A stretch of DNA of 64,000 nt, from positions 69,327 through 133,326 of the forward strand of contig CAZRVK010000001.1 of the NCBI GenBank assembly GCA_964603585.1, given 5' to 3'. A program made the translations under genes and the position numbers. Positions 45,880-55,859 of this stretch are shown one piece after another. How positions within the stretch are numbered: position 1 is the stretch's first letter; each line of letters begins with the position of its first letter. The notes below the pieces were generated by a model. That model made no database searches, was not told the origin of the DNA, and saw nothing but the letters and a program-made list of their open reading frames with translations. This stretch comes from an uncultured Planctomycetales bacterium (GTDB taxonomy: Bacteria > Omnitrophota > Gorgyraeia > Gygaellales > Profunditerraquicolaceae).

Positions 45880-47133
45880 TTATAAATATTTCTCTGGGCT
45901 GGTAATCCGGCCGGCAATCGCCGAAGCCGCCACAGTCGCCGGTGAAGCTAAATAAATAAAAGCGTTGGGGTTACCCATCCTGCCTTTAAAATTCCGGTTT
46001 GCCGTAGAGATCACGTTTTCGCCATCCGCCGGAATGCCATTATGCGTACCGACACACGGCCCGCACCCGCAAGCAACAATGACCGCGCCGGCCTTAATAA
46101 AGATATCTACTAACCCAAGCTGTATTGCCTGCTGGAATATTATACGCGAACTTGGTGCAATAATCAAGCGTACACCTTTAGAAACTTTCCTGGACTTTAA
46201 AACCTTTGCGGCAATCTTTAGATCCTGAAGCCTTCCGTTAGTGCAAGTACCGATAAAAGCCTCATTGATCATAACCTTATTCAGTTTGGCCACGGCGACA
46301 GCATTATCTACACTGTGCGGAGAAGAAACCTGCGGTTTTAATTTTGAAATATCATACTCTATGACCCGCTCATACTTTGCGTCTAAATCGGCCGCGACCG
46401 GTTTGATCTTTCTTTTATTCTTAACACGGGATTTGAGCCAATCCAAAGTAGTTTTATCCTGCGGCATGAACCCGGCTTTTGCTCCCATTTCCACAACCAT
46501 ATTCGAGAATGTAAACCTTCCGTCCATATCCATCTTATCGATTACCGGGCCGGCGAATTCTATGGCTTTATAGGTAGCGCCAGCGGATCCGATATCAGTA
46601 ATAATATGCAGGATCATGTCTTTGGGGAATACCCCTTTAGGCACTTTACCTTTTACGATGATCTTAAATGTCTCCGGGACCTTAAGCCAGTTTTTCCCTG
46701 TAGCTAAGGCGATCGCCAGGTCCGTCGAGCCAACCCCTGTCGAGAACGCTCCTAAGGCGCCGTAGGTGCAGGTATGGCTATCGGCGCCAAAAACCAGGTC
46801 CCCCGGCAAGACCTCTCCGGATTCTGGGATAACTTGATGGCAAACCCCGCAGCCGATATCGTAAAGGCGGGATTTATAATCCTGGGCAAATATGCGCATT
46901 TTTTTATGTACCCGGGAAACCCCTTCGGTAGGAGAAGGAGCGCTATGGTCGATCACCATGCAAAAGCGCGTTTTTAATTCTTTTGTCCCCATCTCCCGGA
47001 TCCGGTCAATAATAATCGAGGATGTCCCATCCTGGCCAAAAGTAAAATCAATATCGCAAATCGCAAAATCCCCTGCCTTAAGGCTACGGCCGGAATGATT
47101 GCTAAGTATTTTTTCTGCAATAGTTTTTCCCAT
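45880..47133 (-). CDS. leuC: 3-isopropylmalate/homoaconitate dehydratase large subunit (archaeal-type LeuC, aconitase family)
   Basis: 417 aa; GVCHQV, GADSHTCTYGALGAF, ACGCGPCVG Fe-S cluster cysteines. Confidence 0.8.
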   Translation of the reverse strand: MGKTIAEKILSNHSGRSLKAGDFAICDIDFTFGQDGTSSIIIDRIREMGTKELKTRFCMVIDHSAPSPTEGVSRVHKKMRIFAQDYKSRLYDIGCGVCHQVIPESGEVLPGDLVFGADSHTCTYGALGAFSTGVGSTDLAIALATGKNWLKVPETFKIIVKGKVPKGVFPKDMILHIITDIGSAGATYKAIEFAGPVIDKMDMDGRFTFSNMVVEMGAKAGFMPQDKTTLDWLKSRVKNKRKIKPVAADLDAKYERVIEYDISKLKPQVSSPHSVDNAVAVAKLNKVMINEAFIGTCTNGRLQDLKIAAKVLKSRKVSKGVRLIIAPSSRIIFQQAIQLGLVDIFIKAGAVIVACGCGPCVGTHNGIPADGENVISTANRNFKGRMGNPNAFIYLASPATVAASAIAGRITSPEKYL

Positions 47134-47197
47134 ACTTCATATTATCCTTTCACCCATGCCACTTCATTCCTGCCTGTCAAACAGGCAGGGTTAACAT

Positions 47198-48379
47198 TTA
47201 CTTTGTTTGCCTTGCCACCCAGGATTCAAGGCGGTCCATAGCAATCTTTAATTGTTCAACACTCGTCGCAAAACTAATGCGGGCACAACTGTCACTGCCA
47301 AAGCTGTCTCCCGGAATTACCGCAACGCGCTCCTCGTCAAGCAGGCGGTTCGCAAAAGTAACAGAATCCATTTTAAGTTTTGAAATATCAAAAAAGACGT
47401 AAAATGCGCCTTCCGGCCGGACAGCGGATACCTTTTTTATCACAGAAAACCTCTGCATCACATAATCCCTGCGGGCTTGAAACTCACGGCAGATCGTTTT
47501 TGAGAATGTATCCGGGGCATTCAAAGCTTCAACCGCAGACTTTTGGCTGATAGACACAGGATTAGAGGTTGAATGGTCCTGAAACTTCGAAACCGCATCG
47601 ATCACATCCTGCGGCCCGGCCATATACCCTATCCTCCATCCAGTCATAGAATGGCTTTTAGATAGCCCATTCACGGTGATCGTAAGATCGAATATCTCCG
47701 GGTTTAAAGAAGCGATCGATACATGCTTAAGCCCGTCAAAGATTATCTTTTCATAGATCTCATCAGAGATCACAAATACTTTCTTGGCAACACATACCCG
47801 CGCGATCTCTTCTAACTCGGCCTGGTTATATACACAGCCGGTAGGATTAGACGGTGAATTCAGGATCAACACCTTGGTCTTTGCGGTAATCGATTTTTCC
47901 AGTTCATCCACGGTAATCTTATAATTATTTTCGGCTTTTGTCGGGATAAAACGCGGGACCCCTTCACATAAACGCACCATCTCGGGATAACTTACCCAGT
48001 AAGGGGAAGGAATAAGCGCCTCTTCTGACTTGTTAAGCAGGACAAAAAGCGCATTGAAAATACTGTGCTTTGCGCCATTTGAGACGACGACCTGGCTGGT
48101 ATTATAATTTAACGCGTTGTCTTTTTTGAATTTAGTGACGATGGCATCCTTCAATTCGATAATGCCGGTGGTAGGAGTATATTTGGTAAAACCAGACTTT
48201 ATCGCCTGGACTGCAGCATCCTTGATAAAATCCGGGGTATCGAAATCTGGCTCGCCTGCGGCAAGGCTTACAACATCCAATCCCTCCGCCTTCAATTTCT
48301 TCGCCTTTGAGGTGATCGCCAGTGTCGAAGAAGGCTTTATCTTCTTTAGACGTTCCGCCAACCGGGTATCTATGCGCAT
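47198..48379 (-). CDS. aspC: class I/II (aspartate) aminotransferase
   Basis: PLP-lysine motif NGLSKSHSMTGWRIGY; SPSNPTG. Confidence 0.8.
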   Translation of the reverse strand: MRIDTRLAERLKKIKPSSTLAITSKAKKLKAEGLDVVSLAAGEPDFDTPDFIKDAAVQAIKSGFTKYTPTTGIIELKDAIVTKFKKDNALNYNTSQVVVSNGAKHSIFNALFVLLNKSEEALIPSPYWVSYPEMVRLCEGVPRFIPTKAENNYKITVDELEKSITAKTKVLILNSPSNPTGCVYNQAELEEIARVCVAKKVFVISDEIYEKIIFDGLKHVSIASLNPEIFDLTITVNGLSKSHSMTGWRIGYMAGPQDVIDAVSKFQDHSTSNPVSISQKSAVEALNAPDTFSKTICREFQARRDYVMQRFSVIKKVSAVRPEGAFYVFFDISKLKMDSVTFANRLLDEERVAVIPGDSFGSDSCARISFATSVEQLKIAMDRLESWVARQTK

Positions 48380-48487
48380 ATCCGATTAATCCTGGTAAGA
48401 AACCATTTTACCAACAGCCGAATGCCAGCGGCCATTGATAAAATGGTTTATTTTTATCTATGATCCTTGCAAAAGAATTGGTGGTCT

Positions 48488-49063
48488 TTAAAGCGAATCG
48501 CGTTCTTTCTTGAATATCTTTCTTATTCCGCCGAGGAATTTCTTGGGTTCCTTGCTGGATCCCGGATGAGTATCTTCTTTCACTGCGTCTGAAGTCTTAT
48601 GTTCGCTTGCGGCATCCGGTTTTGCTTCCTCAACAGTCGTATCTGCGTGCTTATGCGGCTTAGACTCAACAGCGGCGGCCTTCTTTACTGCCTTGGGTTC
48701 TTTTTTCTTGATCTCTGTAAGCTCTAAGATAACTACATCCGCATTATCACCACGCCTTTTGCCGAGGTTAATCAAACGGGTATACCCGCCTGATCTTTTG
48801 GCAAACCGCGGGGCGATCTCATTAAAAAGCAGGCTGACCAGGTTATGATCGCATAACACCTCGAATGCAGATCGTTTAGCGGCAAGGGTGTTCTTCTTGC
48901 CTAAACTGATCAACTTCTCAACCTCGGGCCTAACTACCTTGGCCTTTATGCGCGTGGTCTTTATACTTTGATAGATCAGCACACTGCGAATAATGCTTTT
49001 AACCGTAGATTTACGCCAGCTGGAAAACCGGTTTAATTGCCCCCTCTTTTTACTATGTCTCAT
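48488..49063 (-). CDS. rplQ: 50S ribosomal protein L17 with ~70-aa Lys/Ala/Glu-rich C-terminal extension
   Basis: MRHSKKRGQLNRFSSWRKS… L17 core; position after rpoA. Confidence 0.9.
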   Translation of the reverse strand: MRHSKKRGQLNRFSSWRKSTVKSIIRSVLIYQSIKTTRIKAKVVRPEVEKLISLGKKNTLAAKRSAFEVLCDHNLVSLLFNEIAPRFAKRSGGYTRLINLGKRRGDNADVVILELTEIKKKEPKAVKKAAAVESKPHKHADTTVEEAKPDAASEHKTSDAVKEDTHPGSSKEPKKFLGGIRKIFKKERDSL

Positions 49064-49097
49064 TTTTAAATATCCTTTGAATTATTTGACCCGCTTA

Positions 49098-50090
49098 TTA
49101 AGATTTCTTGAGTTTCTTCAGATCGATCTGCATTCCAAGCGTAAGCCCCATTCCTGCTAAGAGCTCTTTTATCTCGGTTAAGGATTTCTTTCCGAAATTC
49201 TTAAAACCGAGCATCTCATCCTCACCCCGTTTAACCAGGTCAGCGATCAACTTTATATTGGCTTCCCTTAAACAATTAGAACTGCGTACCGAAAGCTCAA
49301 GCTCGGATATCGGCAGGCGCAATTTTTCATAAAGGGCGATCTCTTCCTTAGTCATCTCCATCTCCGGCTCCTCATCCTCTTCAGGAAGCTGGCCGAAGTT
49401 CACAAAGATATCCAGATGGCGCTGAAGGATATTGGAAGCATACAAAAGAGCATCTTTGGGAGTGATCGCGCCGTTTGTAAAGATCTCCAGAGTAAGCTTG
49501 TCATAATCCGTCTTTTGACCGACACGCGTATTTTCCGTAAAAAAATTCACCTTTTTAACCGGGCTGAAAATCGAGTCGATCGGGATCACCCCGACAGCCT
49601 GATCTTCTTTTTTGTTAGCCTCGGCAGGAACATATCCTCTGCCTTTTGCCACTTCCAGCTCGGCAACAAATTTCATATCCTTGGTCAAAGTTGCGATATG
49701 CAGGTCTGAATTAATTATCTCGACTGTTTCATCAGAAGCAATATCACTGGCTTTTACTTCTCCCTTGGAATCTTTTTTAATATAGATAGTCTTGGGTATC
49801 TTAGAATGGGAGTTCAATACCAGATTCTTAATATTCAAGATTATCTCCGTTGAATCCTCAAGCACACCGGGGATGGTAGAAAACTCATGCGGTGCACCCT
49901 GGATCTTTACGGAAGTGACAGCGCTTCCTTCGATCGAAGAAAGTAATACCCTGCGCAAAGCATTTCCTAAAGTCACCCCATAACCTTTTTCGAAAGGGGC
50001 GGCATGAAATCTACCATAGGTATTGGTATAGGTCGCCTCGTCACATTCAAGCCTGTTTGGTAACTGAAAATCTCTCCATTTTATACCCAT
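49098..50090 (-). CDS. rpoA: DNA-directed RNA polymerase alpha subunit
   Basis: 330 aa; N-terminal assembly domain and C-terminal domain (ELSVRSSNCLREANIKLIADLV). Confidence 0.92.
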   Translation of the reverse strand: MGIKWRDFQLPNRLECDEATYTNTYGRFHAAPFEKGYGVTLGNALRRVLLSSIEGSAVTSVKIQGAPHEFSTIPGVLEDSTEIILNIKNLVLNSHSKIPKTIYIKKDSKGEVKASDIASDETVEIINSDLHIATLTKDMKFVAELEVAKGRGYVPAEANKKEDQAVGVIPIDSIFSPVKKVNFFTENTRVGQKTDYDKLTLEIFTNGAITPKDALLYASNILQRHLDIFVNFGQLPEEDEEPEMEMTKEEIALYEKLRLPISELELSVRSSNCLREANIKLIADLVKRGEDEMLGFKNFGKKSLTEIKELLAGMGLTLGMQIDLKKLKKS

Positions 50091-50123
50091 ATCTTTTTAC
50101 TCCTTCTTAAATGTGCAGATGAA

Positions 50124-50753
50124 TTATTTGGAATATAATTCGACGATCAACTGTTCCTGGATGGTACTTGCGATATCTGCCTTTTCCGGCAATCTTACTA
50201 CTTTTGCCTTAAAAGCCTTTGCATCAAAATCAAGCCATGAAGGAACTGTCCGGTCCTTGCTAAGCTCCATATTATCTTTGATCTTAGCCAAAGCCTTGTC
50301 TTTTGCCCGCACTTCGATCAAGTCGTCAGCGGAAACCAAAAATGACGGGATATTCACGCGGCGATTATTAACATAGATAAAATTATGCCTGACAATCTGC
50401 CGGCCTTGAGCCCGGGAGATCGCGCATCCCATACGGAAAACGACATTATCCAGCCGTCTTTCCAGGAGCTGTAACAGGACCTTTCCGGTAACTCCCTTGG
50501 ATTTAGATGCGGTCTTGAAATAAAGGCGGAACTGCTTTTCCATAACGCCATACATCCATTTGACCTTTTGCTTCTCCCTTAACTGGATCCCGTAATTGGA
50601 AAGCTTCTGCCTTCTGCCTTCGCCATGCTGGCCGGGAGCAAATGCACGCTTGGTCATCGCGCATTTATCGGTATAACATTTTGTCCCTTTTAAAAATAAT
50701 TTCTCCAGATTACGCCGGCACAATCTGCACACAGCGTCAGTGTATCGAGCCAT
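50124..50753 (-). CDS. rpsD: 30S ribosomal protein S4
   Basis: MARYTDAVCRLCRR…; Zn-ribbon S4. Confidence 0.92.
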   Translation of the reverse strand: MARYTDAVCRLCRRNLEKLFLKGTKCYTDKCAMTKRAFAPGQHGEGRRQKLSNYGIQLREKQKVKWMYGVMEKQFRLYFKTASKSKGVTGKVLLQLLERRLDNVVFRMGCAISRAQGRQIVRHNFIYVNNRRVNIPSFLVSADDLIEVRAKDKALAKIKDNMELSKDRTVPSWLDFDAKAFKAKVVRLPEKADIASTIQEQLIVELYSK

Positions 50754-50756
50754 AAA

Positions 50757-51146
50757 CTAAACTCTCCTTTTCTTTTTAGGACGGCAGCCATTGTGAGGGA
50801 TCGGAGTTACATCCTTTATTGACGTTATCACAAGTCCTGCTGCCTGCAAAGCCCTGATTGCTGATTCACGGCCAAACCCTGGCCCCTTAACCCGGACCTC
50901 TATCTCTTTTAAACCAATTTCCTTTGCCTTGCGCGCCGCATCTGTTGCCGCCACCTGCGCCGCAAATGGGGTCGATTTCTTCGATCCGCCGTAACCGACA
51001 ATCCCGGGAGCAGACCAGACAAGCGCGTTTCCCTGTTTATCAGTTATAGTGATGATGGTATTATTAAAACTTGCCTGAATATGCGCTATACCTGTAGTTA
51101 TCCCTTTAGCGATCTTTTTTTTCTTCTGTTTTTCTTTTGTAGCCAT
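50757..51146 (-). CDS. rpsK: 30S ribosomal protein S11
   Basis: [18 protein letters not shown]…. Confidence 0.92.
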   Translation of the reverse strand: MATKEKQKKKKIAKGITTGIAHIQASFNNTIITITDKQGNALVWSAPGIVGYGGSKKSTPFAAQVAATDAARKAKEIGLKEIEVRVKGPGFGRESAIRALQAAGLVITSIKDVTPIPHNGCRPKKKRRV

Positions 51147-51177
51147 TAAGCTTTTTCCTCCTAAACTTTATGGTGCT

Positions 51178-51600
51178 TTATTTGCCAGCTGGCTTTGCCG
51201 GTGCTGCTTTTTTCCCACCCGCATCAGGTTTCTTCACCACAGCCAGGCCTCCTCTTTTCGGGCCTTTTCTTGTGCGGGAATTTGTCCTGGTACGCTGGCC
51301 TCTTGCAGGAAGCCCTTTTTTATGGCGCATCCCACGCCATGCACCGATATCCATCAAGCGTTTGATATTCTGTGAAATATCCCGGCGAAGATCGCCTTCA
51401 ACCTTATAAGTCCCTTTTTGCAGGATATTAGTGATCTGGGCGATCTCCGTATCCGTCAGGTCTTTTGCGCGTTTTTCAGGCGCAATCCCTGCTTCTTTAA
51501 GTATCAGACCGGATAAATGCCTTCCGACACCATATAAATAGGTAATCGCAATATCAATCCTTTTTTCTTTTGGAATATCTACACCCAAAATCCTTGGCAT
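51178..51600 (-). CDS. rpsM: 30S ribosomal protein S13 with Lys/Ala-rich C-terminal tail
   Basis: [26 protein letters not shown]…; SD GAAGGAGA upstream. Confidence 0.92.
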   Translation of the reverse strand: MPRILGVDIPKEKRIDIAITYLYGVGRHLSGLILKEAGIAPEKRAKDLTDTEIAQITNILQKGTYKVEGDLRRDISQNIKRLMDIGAWRGMRHKKGLPARGQRTRTNSRTRKGPKRGGLAVVKKPDAGGKKAAPAKPAGK

Positions 51601-51652
51601 TTAAAATCTCCTTCTACAGCTGTTAACTGTTAACTGTGATCTGTTAACTAAT

Positions 51653-51766
51653 TTACCCCTGTCTCTGTTTATGTTTTGAATTAGAACAAATAACCCTGAT
51701 AACCCCTCTTCTTTTGATTATCTTGCACTTATCACAAATCTTTCGAATTGACGATTTCACTTTCAT
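51653..51766 (-). CDS. rpmJ: 50S ribosomal protein L36
   Basis: 37-aa ORF not in track: [37 protein letters not shown]. Confidence 0.9.
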   Translation of the reverse strand: MKVKSSIRKICDKCKIIKRRGVIRVICSNSKHKQRQG

Positions 51767-51792
51767 TTTATTTATCCTTTATAGCTGTAATC

Positions 51793-52014
51793 CTACCCTT
51801 TACCTCTAAATGTTATTCTTCCTCTGGATAGATCATACGGAGTAAGCTCAAGCTTAACCTTATCCCCGGGAAGGATCCTGATAAAGTTCATGCGCATCTT
51901 ACCGGACACATGAGCTAAAACCACATGCCCATTCTCCAACTGAACCCTGAACATAGCATTCGGCAATGCCTCTAAAACCACGCCTTCCGTTTCAATCAGA
52001 TCTTCTTTAGCCAT
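51793..52014 (-). CDS. infA: translation initiation factor IF-1
   Basis: [41 protein letters not shown]. Confidence 0.92.
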   Translation of the reverse strand: MAKEDLIETEGVVLEALPNAMFRVQLENGHVVLAHVSGKMRMNFIRILPGDKVKLELTPYDLSRGRITFRGKG

Positions 52015-52015
52015 A

Positions 52016-52759
52016 TTATTGGGTTATTACCTCTGCAGCGCCGTCAGTAATTATCACTGTATGCTCAAAATGAGCAGAAGCCAATCCATCCATAGTTACC
52101 GCTGTCCAGCCATTATCAAGGATCTTCGATTCCCAGGTCCCTAAATTTATCATCGGCTCAATTGCCAGGACCATTCCGCTTTCCAGGCGTTCACCGCAAT
52201 TAGGCATGCCGTAATTGGGGATCTCTGGCTCCTCATGCAGGTTTTTACCAATACCATGCCCGACAAACTGCCGCACAACTGAAAAACCATGGCCTTCGGC
52301 ATAACTTTGGACCGCATGCGATATATCCGACAGCCGGTTCCCGGAACGTGCCCGTTTGATCCCTTCGGTCAAAGCGGTGCGGGTTACATCAATAAGCTTT
52401 TTATAGCGTTTATCGACCCGGCCGGCGCCTACGGTAAATGCCGTATCGCTAAAATACCCCTGATACTTCACGCCGCAATCAATGCTTACCAGGTCACCGT
52501 CAAGTATCAAGCGCGGGCCCGGAATACCATGCACAATTTCTTCATTTATCGATATGCATATCGTAGCCGGATACCCTTTATATCCTTTAAAAGCCGGCTC
52601 GGCATTTTCTTTTCTTATCAGCGTTTCTGCCAAATTGTCAATTGCCTCGGTTGTCACACCGACAGCTACGGCGGATTTCAATGCCTGCATAACACCTGCA
52701 AGTATCTTTCCGGATTTACGCAATAAAACCAGTTCGGCTTCAGACTTTTTTTGGATCAT
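52016..52759 (-). CDS. map: methionine aminopeptidase type I
   Basis: ORF 52016-52780; probable start at internal MIQKKSEAE; D/D/H/E/E metal ligands. Confidence 0.88.
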   Translation of the reverse strand: MIQKKSEAELVLLRKSGKILAGVMQALKSAVAVGVTTEAIDNLAETLIRKENAEPAFKGYKGYPATICISINEEIVHGIPGPRLILDGDLVSIDCGVKYQGYFSDTAFTVGAGRVDKRYKKLIDVTRTALTEGIKRARSGNRLSDISHAVQSYAEGHGFSVVRQFVGHGIGKNLHEEPEIPNYGMPNCGERLESGMVLAIEPMINLGTWESKILDNGWTAVTMDGLASAHFEHTVIITDGAAEVITQ

Positions 52760-53405
52760 CCTGTTGTTTAACAAGCCCAACGATAGCGTCTAAAACATCT
52801 TTTGCATTTCCATCCGCAGTAATACGCGCCAATTTATTCTTATCCTCGTAAAATTTGATTACGGGAGACGATTCCTTTTTATATACCGCCAGGCGGTTCT
52901 TAATGGTCTCTTCATTATCATCGCTTCGCTGATAAAGCTGGCCTCCGCAATGATCGCAAACACCGGCATTCTTAGGCGGCATATTGGTCTTATGGAAATT
53001 AGAACCGCATTTACGGCAAACCAGACGCCCAGAAAGCCTTTGGATCACGACCGCATCGCTGGTATCCAGGTAAACCGCCAGGTCAATATAAAGACTGCGG
53101 CGATTTAGGATTTCCTCTAAGTCCGCGGCCTGATTCCTGGTTCTCGGATACCCGTCCAGAATAAAGCCTTTTTTTACATCGTCTTCATCAAAACGCGCCG
53201 TTAGCATTTTGGTAACCAATTCATCGGGAACCAAGGCACCTTTATTCATATAGTCCTTGGCCTCTTTGCCTAAAGCCGTATTATTAGAAACATTCTGCCG
53301 CAAAAGATCCCCGGTAGAAATATGCGCAATCTGCAGTTCCGCGGCCATTACTTTTGCCTGCGTACCTTTTCCTGCTCCAGGAGGCCCAAACAATATGATC
53401 TTCAT
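52740..53405 (-). CDS. adk: adenylate kinase (Zn-finger lid type)
   Basis: ILFGPPGAGKGTQA P-loop; CRKCGSNFH…CDHCGGQL. Confidence 0.92.
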   Translation of the reverse strand: MKIILFGPPGAGKGTQAKVMAAELQIAHISTGDLLRQNVSNNTALGKEAKDYMNKGALVPDELVTKMLTARFDEDDVKKGFILDGYPRTRNQAADLEEILNRRSLYIDLAVYLDTSDAVVIQRLSGRLVCRKCGSNFHKTNMPPKNAGVCDHCGGQLYQRSDDNEETIKNRLAVYKKESSPVIKFYEDKNKLARITADGNAKDVLDAIVGLVKQQDDPKKV

Positions 53406-53408
53406 GGA

Positions 53409-54779
53409 TTATCTTCTTCCTTTGATCCTGCTGCCTTTAATAAACCCTTCATAATGATGGGTTAAAAGATGCGATTCGATCTGTTTGACGGTATCTAACA
53501 TTACCCCGACGATGATCAGGATCCCGGTCCCGCCAAAAAACGATGCGACGAGGTACGGAACCTTAAGCCAAGCCATGATCGCATCCGGAAATATGGCAAT
53601 AAAACAAATAAACAACGCCCCGGCCAAAGTAATACGCGTCATGACAAAATCCAAAAATTCTTCAGTTGCCGCTCCCGGCCTGACCCCGGGGATAAAACCG
53701 CCGTATTTCTTCATGTTCTCGGCTAAATCGTGCGGGTTAAAAACTATCGCCGTATAAAAATAACAGAAAAATACAATCAATAACGCATATACCGCTGTAT
53801 AAAGCCAATGCCCTCTAACCATCGCCTGCGCCAGATTCTGAAACGCGGGATTCGGGATAAAAGACGCTAAGGTTGCCGGGAACAAAATGATCGACTGGGC
53901 AAAGATAATCGCAATAACCCCGGAAGTATCAACCTTAAGCGGGATATACGTGCTTTGCCCCCCAAAGATCTTACGGCCAACAATCCTTCGGGCATACTGG
54001 ACTGGGATCTTACGCTGGCCCTGGGTGATCATAATGACCGAGAATACCACAGCAACCAAAAAGACTGCCATAAGGATCAATGTAAAGGGCTGGATCTGGC
54101 GATTTGCCGCATTCATCGGAGAAACCAGCACGAATAATTGATGCAGTGCCGAAGGGATCCTGGAAACTATACCTGCCGTGATCACCAGTGATATGCCGTT
54201 ACCGATCCCTCTTTCCTGAATTTGCTCGCCTAACCACATAATGAAGATCGTCCCTGTAGTCAAGGTGAGCACAGTCAAAATACGAAAACCCCATCCCGGG
54301 AATAGAACTATCTTTAATCCCTCGAAACGTGCGGGATCTTCAAGCCATAACGCGATGAAAAATGATTGCACCAGAGAAAGAACAACCGTTCCGTAACGGG
54401 TATATTGATTTATCTTTTGATAACCGGCCTTGCCCTCCTTGGCGATTTTCTCCAAGGCCGGCACAACAGCGGTTAAAAGCTGCATAATGATCGAAGACGA
54501 TATATACGGCATGATCCCCAGGGCAAAAATGGTAAGCCGCTCCATCGCGCCTCCGGAGAACATATTGATTATGCCAAATAACGCACCACCCTGTGTTTTA
54601 GCGATGCGCGCAATGAATTCAGCGAGTGCCGCGCCATCGATCCCTGGGGTCGGGACATAACATCCGATCCGGTAGATCGTAATAAGCGCCGCAGTGATCA
54701 AGAGGCGCTTTTTTAAATCCGGGATCTTAAAGCAATTAATTAGAGGTGTAAGGCTAAACGCGCTACTTACTGAGTTCAT
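53409..54779 (-). CDS. secY: preprotein translocase subunit SecY
   Basis: 456 aa, 10 TM; canonical position between rplO and adk. Confidence 0.92.
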   Translation of the reverse strand: MNSVSSAFSLTPLINCFKIPDLKKRLLITAALITIYRIGCYVPTPGIDGAALAEFIARIAKTQGGALFGIINMFSGGAMERLTIFALGIMPYISSSIIMQLLTAVVPALEKIAKEGKAGYQKINQYTRYGTVVLSLVQSFFIALWLEDPARFEGLKIVLFPGWGFRILTVLTLTTGTIFIMWLGEQIQERGIGNGISLVITAGIVSRIPSALHQLFVLVSPMNAANRQIQPFTLILMAVFLVAVVFSVIMITQGQRKIPVQYARRIVGRKIFGGQSTYIPLKVDTSGVIAIIFAQSIILFPATLASFIPNPAFQNLAQAMVRGHWLYTAVYALLIVFFCYFYTAIVFNPHDLAENMKKYGGFIPGVRPGAATEEFLDFVMTRITLAGALFICFIAIFPDAIMAWLKVPYLVASFFGGTGILIIVGVMLDTVKQIESHLLTHHYEGFIKGSRIKGRR

Positions 54780-55353
54780 TTATAATCTCATGCTTGCCGC
54801 CGGCAGACTGTATTTTCTCAACAGCGGACTTGGAAAATGCGTTAGCTTGTATAGTCACCGGATTCTTGAGATCACCGCCGCCCAAAATCTTCACCGGCTT
54901 TAATTTATCCTTGATCAGGCCTTTTTGTTCCAAGAGTGCCGGAGTGATCAAAACATCTTTTAGCTTCATCAAGGCACCAAGATTTACGATCTGCCCGTCT
55001 TGCGGTGCACGGCTGGTAAAACCGCGTTTAGGCATCCTGCGGATAATCGATGTCTGCCCTCCTTCAAAACCAGCATAAAAATCACGGCCCGCACGCGAAG
55101 TCTGCCCCTTGCTGCCGCGGGTAGAAGTCTTGCCATGTCCTGAACCAGCGCCTCGCCCTAAATATTTACGCTTTTTATGCGCACCATGAGGGGCTTTTAA
55201 GTTATTTAAACCAAATCTTGCAGCAACCTGCTTAGTCTGTGTGCTTTTTACCAAGCCTGCCACTGCCTTAGCTTTGGCCTTTGCCCGCGCCGGTTTAACT
55301 GCTTTACTCTTTACTGCCGCAACATTCTTCTTTAAGATTGGTTTCTTTTCCAT
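54763..55353 (-). CDS. rplO: 50S ribosomal protein L15 with ~45-aa Lys/Ala-rich N-terminal extension
   Basis: core begins LNNLKAPHGAHKKRKYLGRGAGSGHGKTSTRG; directly follows rpsE with no rpmD. Confidence 0.88.
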   Translation of the reverse strand: MEKKPILKKNVAAVKSKAVKPARAKAKAKAVAGLVKSTQTKQVAARFGLNNLKAPHGAHKKRKYLGRGAGSGHGKTSTRGSKGQTSRAGRDFYAGFEGGQTSIIRRMPKRGFTSRAPQDGQIVNLGALMKLKDVLITPALLEQKGLIKDKLKPVKILGGGDLKNPVTIQANAFSKSAVEKIQSAGGKHEIINELSK

Positions 55354-55356
55354 TGA

Positions 55357-55857
55357 TTATTCCGCTTTAGGTTTTTCCTGAACATCTTCAGGGACAACAG
55401 TCTCTAATACCTTGAGGCTCTTTAACCCCTGGACCGTCGCCTTAATTACATTTATGGGATTTTTTGACCTTAACGATTTAGTTAGAATATTCTTTATACC
55501 GGCAGCCTCGCAGATTGCGCGCACCGGACCAGAGGCAATAACCCCGGTTCCTTCTGAAGCCGGCTTTAAAAGCACCTTTGCCGCGCCATATTCACCAAGC
55601 ACCTCATGCGGGATAGTGCCGTCTTCGACTGCGACTTTAAAAATCTCCTTTTTAGCCTTGGTCAGGCTTTTACGGATAGCATCCGCAACTTCATTGGCTT
55701 TATCCAAAGCAAAACCTACCCGCCCTTTTGTATCACCAACTACCACCAAAGCGCTGAAATGAAGCTTCTTACCGCCCTTGGTTACTTTAGTGACACGGTT
55801 GATGCTGATAACCTTCTCTATAAACTCTGTTTGCTGATCGATCTTCAATTCTCGCAT
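55357..55857 (-). CDS. rpsE: 30S ribosomal protein S5
   Basis: VISINRVTKVTKGGKKLHFSALVVVGD. Confidence 0.92.
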   Translation of the reverse strand: MRELKIDQQTEFIEKVISINRVTKVTKGGKKLHFSALVVVGDTKGRVGFALDKANEVADAIRKSLTKAKKEIFKVAVEDGTIPHEVLGEYGAAKVLLKPASEGTGVIASGPVRAICEAAGIKNILTKSLRSKNPINVIKATVQGLKSLKVLETVVPEDVQEKPKAE

Positions 55858-55859
55858 TT

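Noticed and set aside
54763-55353. L30 fused to the N-terminus of L15
   Set aside because: The 45-aa extension is Lys/Ala-rich low complexity and lacks the conserved L30 core (…GLGLRR…); interpreted as a lineage-specific basic extension with true L30 loss.
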